Virus record (IMG/VR): IMGVR_UViG_3300028048_000001
Location: 160,001 to 224,000 of that record
DNA from: a virus
Taxonomy: Duplodnaviria > Caudoviricetes
Reading direction: 5' to 3' (one strand)
Length of the DNA: 64,000 nt
The notes beneath the pieces were generated by a model. The model saw only the letters and a list, made by a program, of their open reading frames with translations. It searched no databases and was not told the DNA's origin. The position numbers and the translations under genes were made by a program. Positions 20,716-31,212 of the stretch are shown one piece after another; the first letter of the stretch is position 1; every line of letters starts with the position of its first letter.

Positions 20716-21342
20716 TTAACCTATTAATTTCTGAATATCAATTAAATAAGAATATAATCCAGCTGTACCAGCATTATCTTTTGTTACTAATATATAGCCA
20801 TCTTCTGTACTTTTAAAATTAGCACTAGAATAAGGTTCTGGATTTGCAGTATATACAACACGAATTCCAGAAATATTATTAGCAGATGTTCGTTCTTCTT
20901 CAGGAATTTCTAATATATTAACAGTGGTAAATATACTTCTAAATCTTGTTCCAACAATTCCTCCAAGAAGTAACATATATGATTTATTAGCTTCTACTTC
21001 ATATATATCAGAATAGGATACTGTATCTCCTCCCCATCTCCATTGATCCGCATATACATATCCAGTTGAATCATCATATGCAATTGGAGAAACTATACCA
21101 GGAAAAGAATTAATTTCTATTTCAGAAAATCCATCTAAATTATAATTAGATGCATTATATGTACCATTTTGATCAAAATATTGAGTTCCTAGTATAAATG
21201 GGTTTATTTGATTTATTCCAGAAATAAAATCTTGAGGAAAAGATAAAGTATTATTGTTATTTAATTTTTGACGTATTTTATTAGCAATAGATGTAAGGTC
21301 AGAATTTAATTTTGCTGAATCTATAAAAGAATATGTTGGCAT
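20716..21342 (-). CDS. Putative tail or virion accessory protein (paralogue A)
   Basis: DLTSIANKIR...LSFPQDFISGINQI N-terminus typical of phage tail-associated proteins; aligns with the next ORF. Confidence 0.6.
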   Translation of the reverse strand: MPTYSFIDSAKLNSDLTSIANKIRQKLNNNNTLSFPQDFISGINQINPFILGTQYFDQNGTYNASNYNLDGFSEIEINSFPGIVSPIAYDDSTGYVYADQWRWGGDTVSYSDIYEVEANKSYMLLLGGIVGTRFRSIFTTVNILEIPEEERTSANNISGIRVVYTANPEPYSSANFKSTEDGYILVTKDNAGTAGLYSYLIDIQKLIG

Positions 21343-21368
21343 TTTATATTCACATCCAATCGATTTTA

Positions 21369-21992
21369 TTAATTATCTGGTATTGTTTTTATTATTTTAA
21401 ATAAATAACTAATTATTCCAGATACACCCTGATTATCTTTTTGTATTATTACATATCCATCTTCTGTACTTTTAAAAGATTTGAATGTATATGGTGATGG
21501 ATCATTTAGATGTTGTATATTAATTCCTTTAACTGTAGCTGCTTGAGTTTCATTTATATTTATTGTACTAAACATGACTCTGAATCTAGTTCCGACAACA
21601 GAACCTATAGCTATCATATAGTTAGTATTGGCTTCTACTTCATATATATCAGAATAGGATACAGTTATGCCACCTCTTGTCCAAGTTCCACTTGCAACGT
21701 ATCCTAATGAATTATCAAAATCAATAGGAATAATAAGTCCAGGATGAACATCTACTATTATATTAGAATACCCATCTAAATTATCTTCATGTGCATTAAA
21801 TATACCATTTGATATAATATTTTTAGGACCATCTATATTATATGGATTTATTTGTTCTATTTGAGAAATAAAATCAGATGGAAATGATAACTTATTTGAA
21901 CTTGGTAAATCTCTTCTATCTCTTATAGTATTAGCTATTAAAGTAAGATCAGAATCTAATTGAGAAGCATCAACATAAGCATCTATAGGCAT
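21369..21992 (-). CDS. Putative tail or virion accessory protein (paralogue B)
   Basis: Shares TVSYSDIYEVEAN, VGTRFR and FKSTEDGY with paralogue A. Confidence 0.6.
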   Translation of the reverse strand: MPIDAYVDASQLDSDLTLIANTIRDRRDLPSSNKLSFPSDFISQIEQINPYNIDGPKNIISNGIFNAHEDNLDGYSNIIVDVHPGLIIPIDFDNSLGYVASGTWTRGGITVSYSDIYEVEANTNYMIAIGSVVGTRFRVMFSTININETQAATVKGINIQHLNDPSPYTFKSFKSTEDGYVIIQKDNQGVSGIISYLFKIIKTIPDN

Positions 21993-22268
21993 TTAGTATT
22001 CTCCTCCATTCCAAATTGTAAGAGATAAAAGATTTACTAGTTGTGTCATTTGAGCAGCTGTAACTGTAACTTCATCTTGTGTATCCTTCGCTAGAACCAG
22101 TGATGTTGAAGATTTTTTATTTATATCAGAATCTATAGAAGAGATTTTTGTTTCAAGGTCAGATCCATCGTCAAATTCTATAGATTCTGCTTTTGTCCAA
22201 TATGATAATGGCTTATAGCCGGTTCCAGATAATAATACATGACGCTTTGCTTTCACGTAATTACCCAT
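21993..22268 (-). CDS. Small putative virion protein
   Basis: 91-aa ORF; WTKAESIEFDDGSDLETKI motif; co-transcribed with the paralogue pair. Confidence 0.55.
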   Translation of the reverse strand: MGNYVKAKRHVLLSGTGYKPLSYWTKAESIEFDDGSDLETKISSIDSDINKKSSTSLVLAKDTQDEVTVTAAQMTQLVNLLSLTIWNGGEY

Positions 22269-22374
22269 TTTTATACTACTCCACTTCTACATAATTATAT
22301 ATAAAGTATTATTTAGAAGTGATTAAAAGATAAAAAGAGAAGGAATAGTTCTCCTTCTCTTTTTATATTAAAAA

Positions 22375-22881
22375 TTAATTATATTTATATATTGGATTAT
22401 CAAGATCTATAGTATGTTTACAATCAAGAATTCTTTGATTTTTACTTCCTCTAAATTTAAGAGTTACATCTTTTAATTCTTCTATAAATCTACCATATAC
22501 TAAATAATCTACTAATTTAATAATTTCTTTTTTCTTTTTATCAATTCTTATCTCATCTATATTATATCCAGTAAATAACCAGAAAGTTTTTGTATCTTTA
22601 AACTCATATCTCAATCTTTCTAGTATTAATATTACTGAATCAATATTGAAATCTGCTAATGGTTCTCCTCCAAGAATAGAAATTCTTTTAATATAATTTC
22701 TTTTTCCTAGAGTAATAAATTCTTCTAAAATATCATCAGTAAATTCAGATCCTCCATATTCATACCATGTTTCAGGATTAAAACATCCTTTACAATGAAG
22801 AGGACATCCTTGAACAAATAATGATATTCCTATTTGTGAACCATTACAAATTTCAAATTTATCTATTCCAGCATATCTCAT
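22375..22881 (-). CDS. nrdG: Anaerobic ribonucleotide reductase activating protein (radical SAM)
   Basis: LFVQGCPLHCKGCFNPETW, LGGEPL, FRGSKNQR; probable start MRYAGI; directly downstream of nrdD. Confidence 0.95.
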   Translation of the reverse strand: MRYAGIDKFEICNGSQIGISLFVQGCPLHCKGCFNPETWYEYGGSEFTDDILEEFITLGKRNYIKRISILGGEPLADFNIDSVILILERLRYEFKDTKTFWLFTGYNIDEIRIDKKKKEIIKLVDYLVYGRFIEELKDVTLKFRGSKNQRILDCKHTIDLDNPIYKYN

Positions 22882-22898
22882 AATGAGCCTGCCTTTTA

Positions 22899-25800
22899 TT
22901 ATCTTTTCCAAGATTTAAGCATTTTTGAATGTTTATATCTCATATCTGCTTCTTGCTGTTTACCAAGATTAAATGATTTATGATAATCTCCAGTAAGATA
23001 TCCAGTAACTCTGCGAAGTCTTTGAATATCAGATGATCCACAAATTGGACAATTATCATTAATTTCATCAGTATATCCACAATTCATACAAGTATCAGAT
23101 GGAACATTTATTGCAAAATAAGGAACATCCTTATCCATAGCATAAATAATAATATCTTCTAATGCTTCAAGATTATTTTTAGCAGATGATTCTATTTCTA
23201 CATATGTAATACAACCTGCAGAAGAATATCCTGTTAATTGAGATTCTATATCAATTTTTTCAAAAGGATCAATTTCTTTCCATACAGGAACATGAATACT
23301 ATTCGTAAAATAAAGTTTATCTGATACATTAGGAATAGTTCCATATTTTTCTTTAAACTTAGTCATGGCAGTATATACTAATGTTTCTGCAGGTGTATAA
23401 TATACACCAAAATTAAGTTTATATTTCTGTTTAAATTCTGCACATCTATCTTTAAATAATTGTTCAATTCTTTTAGCTAATTCCATACCTTTTGGTTCAG
23501 TATGATCACATCCTATAAGAATTTGAAGAGTTTCTGCTAAACCAACTTGACCTAATGCTAAAGTTCCATGTTTAAGTGCAGATCTTGTATCTTTACCATC
23601 ATAACCAAGCATTACTTTATTACCATACATGAATTTAGCACATTCTGCTGGTTGAGCACAAATCCACTCAAATCTTTCAATCAATTCATCTTTAGCATCA
23701 TTAATATAATGATCAAGAAGATTCATAAATTCTTCAATAATATCAGAATTTTTCTTTAATGATTCTTCTTTTGCCATCATAGCGATAGTTGGCATAATTA
23801 CAGTAACAGGACAAATATTTCCTCTTCCATCTTTAGTTTGTGGATTAACATCTGGATCATGATTTATATCATAACCATTTACTGTCCTACACATTTTACC
23901 CTTTATCACTAAAGGAACTGACTATATCATCATTTAAATATGGGATTTAAATGTCCTCCGCTTCGAATATGTGCTTATCTCATATTCTACTCTCTTACAT
24001 TCATCAGAGATAGTCGATACACTTTCAATCAAGAATAGTAATTTTATTATCATTAATATTAATGATAACTCCCCATTTACTATATATACAATATTCAATT
24101 CTCTTGATTGCTTAGCACGGTCTCAACTTTAATAATATTTTATTATTGCATAAATAATAAAGTCCTAACCGTTAGCAGCTTATAATTAAGCTACACCCAT
24201 TAAGCATGGTTCAAAGGATTTTATATGGGCTGTAGTTCTAGACTTACCCATAGTTGCAAATTCTGTTTTTGGATCATTTGGATCATATCCAGCATTGCCA
24301 GACCAATCTACATTTGCATAATTAGGATATAATCGTTTAGCTGTACACTTAACAGCTAATTTAAATATATCATAATTAGGATCTCCTGGATGCTTATTAA
24401 TGCCATTTTTTAATTTATAAATACAACAAGGAAATATTGGAGTTCTATGAACTTCTCCAATTCCTTTAATAGATTCTTCTAAAAGAGCAATAGATATCAT
24501 TCTTCCTTCTGGAAGAGTACATGTACCATAGTTAATTGAGGAAAAAGGTCAAATGTTATCTTATAGACTTTTTATTCTATAATTCTTACAATTTCTTGTA
24601 AGGTCGGCGTACATATTCACCATGGTATTTTACTACTTTAGGTATGGGTACTCTTGGATGGATTATTATATTCTTCACCATCTACGCTCTACAATGTCAG
24701 TTTACCTTTTAAATTAAACTGATTATCTCGGTATTAACATAATATATTAAATTTAAATTAATATATCTTAGCCTTCACCGATTTTACCCAATTCATCTTA
24801 TATATTTCTATATAAGCGGCCACCAATTTAGCTGAGATAATTTTATTATCTTATAGACTTTTTATTCTATAATTCTGGAAATCGCTTTCATACTCTACAT
24901 ACCTTTATTAGTAGAGATACGTCTGTCAATTCAGACCAGTTTGGCATAAATTTTTACCCTCGTTTAACGTTAGGTTTGTCTGCGATCAACTCAGACTCAT
25001 ATAGTGCTATACACTATAGTATTCGACACTCGTGGGAGTATTATATTTATTCAACTCCTATGCTCTACAATACTAATTATCCTTACGTAATATAATTAGT
25101 TATCTCGGTATTGTCACAAATAATTTTATATTCTTCAAATTTTCTTCTTAAAAATAAATTTTGTGCAAAATTATATATATTATTTTGTGAGTTTTACCGA
25201 TTTTGCCGAATTAATCTAATATATTTCTATATTAGTGGGCCCTCATTTGACCCGATCTACTCTGCAGTGTGTTAAGATTATGGTACATGGCTTCTATAGA
25301 TTGATAAACTTCTCTTTTTGTCATATCCATAGCATAATTATATGCTTTAGAATATTTCTTATACCAATCATCTTCTATAGAAATTTCTTTAATATTTTTA
25401 TTAATAGGGTTTTTATATTTATCTATTAATTCTTCTTTATTTTCTACATATTTTAATCCATCTCTAAAATGTTTATTAAAGCTTTTTCTTACAAATGGAA
25501 CCATTGTCCAGTCGAGGTGCGTGGCACTAACTCCCATTACTCTTTATATTTCTATAAAGTCTGACTATATCTTCTTTATTCTATTGAATAAAGTCTCGCA
25601 CTTGGGTAATAGATATTTTATATCTACTATGTGGTCTTGATACCACTCCTACTCCCTTACATTCATCAGGGATAGTCGATACATTAAGGAAATAATACAA
25701 TATATTTATTTACTCTTTTTCTATAATTATTATTTCTAAAAGTTGAAGATTTCCTTAACACGGTATTACCATATCTATATTTATATAGACTTAGGCTCTC

Positions 25801-26571
25801 TTACCACTTTAATCTTTCGATTTGGTTGACCGTTAGCAATTTATTATAAAAATAAATCACACCCTATATCTATAGGTTCACGAGATTTTACTTCGGCAGA
25901 GTATATTATTTACCGAATTCCTCTAGACTTTGAATTTGAAATATAACTGCTACTAATTGAAAAGCAGTACTTACTGTCTGTGGAGGTCTAATATCATTTT
26001 TTGAATTTCCTTTTAATGCAAACCCTTTTTCAAATAACATATCAAAAGGAACACTCATGCAATTATGCATTCCTACTACATATCTGTCTAAATCATGAAT
26101 ATATACTATATTATTTCTATGATTATCAGCATGTCTTTTAGACATATATTCATCTAATGCTAATTCTTTCATTATAGCATTATCTGCTTCACCAATTCTT
26201 CCACCAAAACTTGCTTCATCTATATTAGCATTCTGATTTTGAACGTTAGACGCAGCAAGTTTTTCTTTAATAATTTTTCTAATATTTGACTTTTTTTCTC
26301 TTTCTTTAGTACGTTCATTTCTATAAGTAATATAAGCTCTTGCTACATCTTTTCTTACATCCATAAGAGCTTCTTCTACTTTGTCTTGAATTTGTTCTAC
26401 AGAAAGATTTTCATTTAAATCATAAATATTTTGTGCAATTTTTCCAGCTTCAATAAGAGCTTCTTCAGTGCATATACCATCTACAGCATTAAATGCTTTA
26501 ATAACAGCAGTTGATATTTTATTTTTATCAAATGATTGCATTGATCCATCTCGTTTTTCTACATAAAGCAT
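22899..26571 (-). CDS. nrdD: Class III ribonucleotide reductase, 5 exons: 26571-25912, 25534-25250, 24837-24830, 24549-24246, 23891-22899 (749 aa spliced)
   Basis: ATP cone; joined exons read EEFG|GVSATHLDW, LQSRSG|SQL|PFSSINYG, FATMG|CRT; C-terminal CxxC-CxxC and RRVTGYL glycyl-radical loop; frame preserved. Confidence 0.95.
23892..24245 (-). ncRNA. Group I intron 4 in nrdD (354 nt, no ORF)
   Basis: Exon ATGGGT pairs with GCCCAT; guide CTACA pairs with 3' exon TGTAG; P7 GACTA/TAGTC; terminal G. Confidence 0.9.
24550..24829 (-). ncRNA. Group I intron 3 in nrdD (280 nt, no ORF)
   Basis: Exon GCT pairs with GGC; guide GGT pairs with 3' exon ACC; P7 GCGTA/TACGC; terminal G. Confidence 0.87.
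24838..25249 (-). ncRNA. Group I intron 2 in nrdD (412 nt, no ORF, apparent terminal A)
   Basis: Exon GGGT pairs with GCCC; guide TGAGG pairs with 3' exon TCTCA; P7 GCATA/TATGC. Confidence 0.85.
25535..25911 (-). ncRNA. Group I intron 1 in nrdD (377 nt, no ORF)
   Basis: Exon TTCGGT pairs with GCCGAA (U.G at the splice site); P7 GACTA/TAGTC with AAGATATAGTC; terminal G. Confidence 0.9.
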
Positions 26572-26687
26572 AAGAAAAATATCTCCCTCCTTAAAAATAT
26601 ATTAATGATTAATACAAAGTTCTACTGTATATACGAATTGAAAAAAAAAATAAAGAGGGTTTCCCACTCTTTATTTTTTTACACATT

Positions 26688-27182
26688 TTATGTATTTTTA
26701 TATTTCTCCCAAAACTCCTGTGTGTCATACATATTATCTATGATATAATCTTTCATATCTTCATGCTTAATCTTCTGATTATCCCATTTTTTATTATATC
26801 TATCTTTCATTTCACTATAGATAGATGTAATAGGATAATTAAAAGGAAACGCATGAGAAAAATCTGTAGGAGTTATTACATAACCTACAGGTAATTTATC
26901 ATAATTGTGTATATTCATGATATCATCAAATATCTCAGTGGTTATCATCAACACTTCAGCAGGAGTTTCTGCACAAGCAGAAATAATGATCAGTAATTCA
27001 TCAGGAATCACTACATCAACTTTTGCCCAAGCAAGTCTCTTGATAAGAATTTCTGCAAAAAACACATTCTTCATGATTTCTTCTCTTTTACTTGTGAGAT
27101 CTTCCACTGAAACATGTTTATTTGTTTTCATAAACCATGAAATAAATACTAAATTTAAATTTTCAATCAAATCGTTTTTCAT
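26688..27182 (-). CDS. Hypothetical protein
   Basis: 164-aa ORF with RBS. Confidence 0.65.
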   Translation of the reverse strand: MKNDLIENLNLVFISWFMKTNKHVSVEDLTSKREEIMKNVFFAEILIKRLAWAKVDVVIPDELLIIISACAETPAEVLMITTEIFDDIMNIHNYDKLPVGYVITPTDFSHAFPFNYPITSIYSEMKDRYNKKWDNQKIKHEDMKDYIIDNMYDTQEFWEKYKNT

Positions 27183-27200
27183 TTTATAACTCTCCTTTAA

Positions 27201-27860
27201 TTAAGTTAAAATGATATCAATTCTATCAATAAGACTTATATAAAGTCCTGTTGTATTTGATATAGAATACAACGGGATCCAAATAACTGTTTTTATAATA
27301 TTTCCTTTGTTAGTGACCATGCTTTCATCATATTTATTCTGCAGAAATTTTACCCATTTCTTAGCTAGCCCAAATGGTATATTTGATACATGTTTATCTA
27401 TCCAAGATAAACAGTTGCAAACATTACCGACGATTCCTCTATATTTCTTTTCTCCTATCATCTTAACATTAATAGGAGTTAATTCTCCTTTCTTTAATAT
27501 ATAAGGATTAAGCAATCTATAATCGTAGGTTGTACGATACAATTCTTTTAATTCATCATCTTTTTGTTCATCTGTTAAAGAATCGTTTTCATTAATCATA
27601 CCTTCTGCTAATTCATAGTCTACTTCAAGATCATGAGGAATAATATCACTATCATCATAATCATCTTTACTACCTAAAATAACTTGAATATTGGATGATA
27701 ATGGCACAACTAATGTATTTTCTTGATATAATTTTGCAACAAAACTTTCTATATTATCAAATTCTATTATTTCATTCTGATAAAATATTCCAGAGGAGGT
27801 TTTTACTTCCTCCTCTGGCTCATAATCCTTATTTTTTCCTTTGTTTCCAACTATAAACAT
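27201..27860 (-). CDS. Hypothetical protein
   Basis: 219-aa ORF with RBS. Confidence 0.65.
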   Translation of the reverse strand: MFIVGNKGKNKDYEPEEEVKTSSGIFYQNEIIEFDNIESFVAKLYQENTLVVPLSSNIQVILGSKDDYDDSDIIPHDLEVDYELAEGMINENDSLTDEQKDDELKELYRTTYDYRLLNPYILKKGELTPINVKMIGEKKYRGIVGNVCNCLSWIDKHVSNIPFGLAKKWVKFLQNKYDESMVTNKGNIIKTVIWIPLYSISNTTGLYISLIDRIDIILT

Positions 27861-27945
27861 AATTTAATCTCCTTTCATATTTTTAAAAAGATATTACGAC
27901 TTCAATATTATAATATCTTTTTAAGATAAAGAAGATTAAAAAACA

Positions 27946-28842
27946 TTAATAAATTTTAATATTAAATACTTTTTCTAATTCATCTCTAGCATCAACTATT
28001 TTACGATAATCATCAGGACTTATAGAATTTAAAGAAAATCTTCCTTTAACACCAGTTTCTTCCAATTCTCTTGAATAAAGAATAAGTATATCTTTAATTT
28101 CATCATAATCCATAGTATTAAGGATTCTGAGTATAGCAATATTTACAGAAGAATATACATATTCTTCATTAAAATCATCAAATTCATCAAACCTATCTGT
28201 CATTACAGCACAAAATAGATTAGTTAGTTGATCTTGAAATAATATTGTAAATATTTTTATTATAAGATCCTCATCCATAATATTTCTATTAATGTGCTGC
28301 ATTGCTCTTGTTGCTCTTCTTATATTTCTTCTTTCATCTGTAGATGAATATCTATTTATCACAATCCAAAGAGCATTAGATTCTACTAAATCCTTAGTAA
28401 CAATTTTATCAACAATTTCTTTATTAAATTTAAGAGCTATATTATACATAAGATTAGCACATTCTGTATTAAATATAGCATTCTTTACAGGATTTATCAT
28501 ATAAGCTCTATAAACTCTATTAAATCTGTTAATATAATCTTTAGTCATTATATTATTAAGATAAATAGACCCTGTACTATCTTTTAAAAGAATATCCATT
28601 GATTTAAGAAAATCTTTATCTGTAATAATTCTAAGACTATTTGGATTTTTATCTATAGCTGAAGTTAATAAATCTGTAATGTTGTTAAGTACAAAATTAC
28701 ACATTTCAACATAGCCATATTTAGATATTCTATTTTTTATAGATATAAATAATTGATAAATATCGTATGCAACATTTGGTCCTGCAATATTATTATTTAT
28801 TATATACTCATCTTTAATTTTAAAAGTAATATTGTTATCCAT
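27946..28842 (-). CDS. Hypothetical protein
   Basis: 298-aa ORF in operon with thyA/DHFR. Confidence 0.7.
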   Translation of the reverse strand: MDNNITFKIKDEYIINNNIAGPNVAYDIYQLFISIKNRISKYGYVEMCNFVLNNITDLLTSAIDKNPNSLRIITDKDFLKSMDILLKDSTGSIYLNNIMTKDYINRFNRVYRAYMINPVKNAIFNTECANLMYNIALKFNKEIVDKIVTKDLVESNALWIVINRYSSTDERRNIRRATRAMQHINRNIMDEDLIIKIFTILFQDQLTNLFCAVMTDRFDEFDDFNEEYVYSSVNIAILRILNTMDYDEIKDILILYSRELEETGVKGRFSLNSISPDDYRKIVDARDELEKVFNIKIY

Positions 28843-28846
28843 ATTT

Positions 28847-29530
28847 CTACCACACTATATTTTTATTTTTTAAATATTTATCTTTTCTGATATAGTGCCA
28901 AAATTCACAAATGATATCTCTATCATCATCTGTTTTTACAACATCTATATTTCTTACTATCCATTTAGGAGAATTATTTTCATCAAAATCTTTATCTAAA
29001 TTTAAAAAATATGAATCAGCTTCTTTATCAGAATTTACTTTTGTTACAAATATTTCATCAATATAAGTCATCATTTGATTATATATTGATGAACCACCAC
29101 ATACAAAAATATCATCTTCGTATGCAATTTTTCTAGAAAAATCGACAGCTTGCTCTATACTATTTGCTACTAATAATATAGGCTTTACATTAAATATTGT
29201 ATGATTATTATTACAATATTGAGAAAAAAGATTATATTTAAATAAATCTTTAAAATTTTCATTTTTTGTTTTAACTTCAACAGCTCTGCAAAAAGAAGAT
29301 TTAAATACAGATTCTTCATCTATATTATTTATATCTCTTGTAATAACAATATTTATTCGTCCCTTTAATGGAGCCTTATGAGGAAAAGATTTAAGAGTAT
29401 TATTTCCATATATAATTACTTTATCCATTGTTTTTTCTTTAAAAAAATTCATATCTTCTTTAATATGAAAAAGGAGTTTATTATCTTTTCCTATACCCCA
29501 ATTATTATTTATACACACTATAGATTTCAT
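28847..29530 (-). CDS. folA: Dihydrofolate reductase with internal insertion
   Basis: WGIGKDNKLLFHIKEDMNFFKEKT, PLKGRINIVITR, FVCGGSSIY, ADSYF. Confidence 0.92.
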   Translation of the reverse strand: MKSIVCINNNWGIGKDNKLLFHIKEDMNFFKEKTMDKVIIYGNNTLKSFPHKAPLKGRINIVITRDINNIDEESVFKSSFCRAVEVKTKNENFKDLFKYNLFSQYCNNNHTIFNVKPILLVANSIEQAVDFSRKIAYEDDIFVCGGSSIYNQMMTYIDEIFVTKVNSDKEADSYFLNLDKDFDENNSPKWIVRNIDVVKTDDDRDIICEFWHYIRKDKYLKNKNIVW

Positions 29531-29539
29531 ATAAGCACC

Positions 29540-30568
29540 TTACACTGCTATAGGAATATCTTTAATCTGAGGACCATGTTGATAATTAATAAATTTTACA
29601 TCGTTTTTAGTAAAATCATAAAAATTATGAATATCAGGATTAAGCCAAAAATCTGGAGCAGGATATTCTTCTCTAGAAATTAATTCATTAATAATTGGAA
29701 TGTGTCTATCATAAATATGGCAATCCGATATTACATGAATAAATTCACCAGCAATCATATCACAACATTGAGCAATCATATGAATAAGTACAGCATATTG
29801 TACTTCATTCCAACTAAGTGCAGCTAATACATCTTGTGATCTTTGATTTAAAATTCCATTAAGAACAAGTTTATTTGAATCTTTATCTTTCGTAACATTA
29901 AAAGTCATAGAATATGCACAAGGATAAAGATTCATTTCATATAAATCACTAAAATTATAAATATTTGTCATAATTCTTCTAGAATATGGATTATGCTTAA
30001 GATCCCAAATCACAGCATCTATTTGATCTAACTTAAGATATGCTACAATATCATAATTATCATCTTTTTTATATTTTACAGTAGTTTCATATTCTGCTGA
30101 TGGATAATATGAAATATCAACATTATTTTTCATATATTCATCTATCTCTTTGTAAAGATCAACAATATCAAAAGTTTCTTGATTATTATAACTAGTAATA
30201 ATATGATGATTATATTTTTGACCGATTTGATATCCATATGCTTTTCCAATACTGCCTCTATAATCTGCCCATTCGTCCCATATATTAAGTGACATATCAT
30301 CTATATTATGAGATTTTTTCTGCCAAATCCAAAGAAGTTCTTCTGTAGCAGATTTAATACCTGTAGGTCTTAATGTAATAACAGGAAATTCTTTTCTAAG
30401 ATCGTAACGATGAATAACACCGAATTTTTTAATAGTATATGCTTTTTCTCCAGTATCTGGCCAAATTGGTCTTACTAATTCTCCTTTTGTATCTGTACCA
30501 TTATTAATAATATCTCTACAAGTATTTTTAAATACTTTATCAGCATAAGACATTTTTATTTCCCCCAA
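29540..30568 (-). CDS. thyA: Thymidylate synthase with internal insertion
   Basis: ELLWIW, GKAYGYQ, SRRI, LYPCA, NQRSQD...WN, HIYDRH. Confidence 0.95.
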   Translation of the reverse strand: MGEIKMSYADKVFKNTCRDIINNGTDTKGELVRPIWPDTGEKAYTIKKFGVIHRYDLRKEFPVITLRPTGIKSATEELLWIWQKKSHNIDDMSLNIWDEWADYRGSIGKAYGYQIGQKYNHHIITSYNNQETFDIVDLYKEIDEYMKNNVDISYYPSAEYETTVKYKKDDNYDIVAYLKLDQIDAVIWDLKHNPYSRRIMTNIYNFSDLYEMNLYPCAYSMTFNVTKDKDSNKLVLNGILNQRSQDVLAALSWNEVQYAVLIHMIAQCCDMIAGEFIHVISDCHIYDRHIPIINELISREEYPAPDFWLNPDIHNFYDFTKNDVKFINYQHGPQIKDIPIAV

Positions 30569-30571
30569 ATT

Positions 30572-30922
30572 TTATATTTTATTAAAAAAATCAATAGCAT
30601 CTGATAAATTTATAATATCATCAGATTGATATCTGATACAATCACGATATAATACTATAGAATTTAACGGTTCTCTTTTAATATATTCTTTAAAATTTTC
30701 TAAATCATCATATCTATCAGAATCTATAATACCACTAGAATCGTAAAAATAATCATCAATTTTACACACAAAATGATTATATATTTGAGAATACCATATT
30801 TCCCCATTAAATAAATTTTTTAATATAAATGCAAACCAAAAGCATTTACCATTAAGAAAATAATATTTTAATTCATTAAATTGAGAAATAAAAGATATTA
30901 TATTAGACATTTTATTATCCAT
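30572..30922 (-). CDS. Hypothetical protein
   Basis: GKCFWFA...HFVCKI..FYDSSG; Cys/His/Asp arrangement reminiscent of papain-like folds. Confidence 0.65.
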   Translation of the reverse strand: MDNKMSNIISFISQFNELKYYFLNGKCFWFAFILKNLFNGEIWYSQIYNHFVCKIDDYFYDSSGIIDSDRYDDLENFKEYIKREPLNSIVLYRDCIRYQSDDIINLSDAIDFFNKI

Positions 30923-31014
30923 ATTAATTAATCCTTTTTATTTTTTATTTATATAAAGTCTATTAAAAAATAAAAAATAAATTTGCAGGGACCTTTATGG
31001 TCCCTGCTATTATT

Positions 31015-31212
31015 TTACTTGCTGTGATCTTCACAAGAAGTGCAGACTTTATCAGAAGGAGAATCTTTCTCCTCCTTATAGATCAACTCAGCAACTTTTC
31101 CTGCCATCTTAGACACAGCAGCAATTAATGTCATCTGAATGGCGAGCCATCCGATTGTACACATCAAAGTATCAAACTTCTTGTTGGATGTGCAGTAATA
31201 ATACTTATTCAT
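31015..31212 (-). CDS. Small single-TM protein (probable start MNKYYY)
   Basis: GGAGG RBS before the ATG at 31212; hydrophobic IGWLAIQMTLIAAV. Confidence 0.6.
   Translation of the reverse strand: MNKYYYCTSNKKFDTLMCTIGWLAIQMTLIAAVSKMAGKVAELIYKEEKDSPSDKVCTSCEDHSK

Noticed and set aside
23892-25911. nrdD as a pseudogene, several genes or an intein-containing gene
   Set aside because: The interruptions are non-coding with group I pairings, and their removal restores one continuous frame
29540-30568. ThyA homologue as a base-modifying hydroxymethylase
   Set aside because: Motifs match ordinary clostridial-type ThyA and DHFR is adjacent; no modification cluster is visible
30572-30600. LSDAIDF as another copy of the shared motif (also SbcC KGIKF and PARG LSGIYI)
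   Set aside because: Only partial matches; left out of the strict count pending a statistical scan
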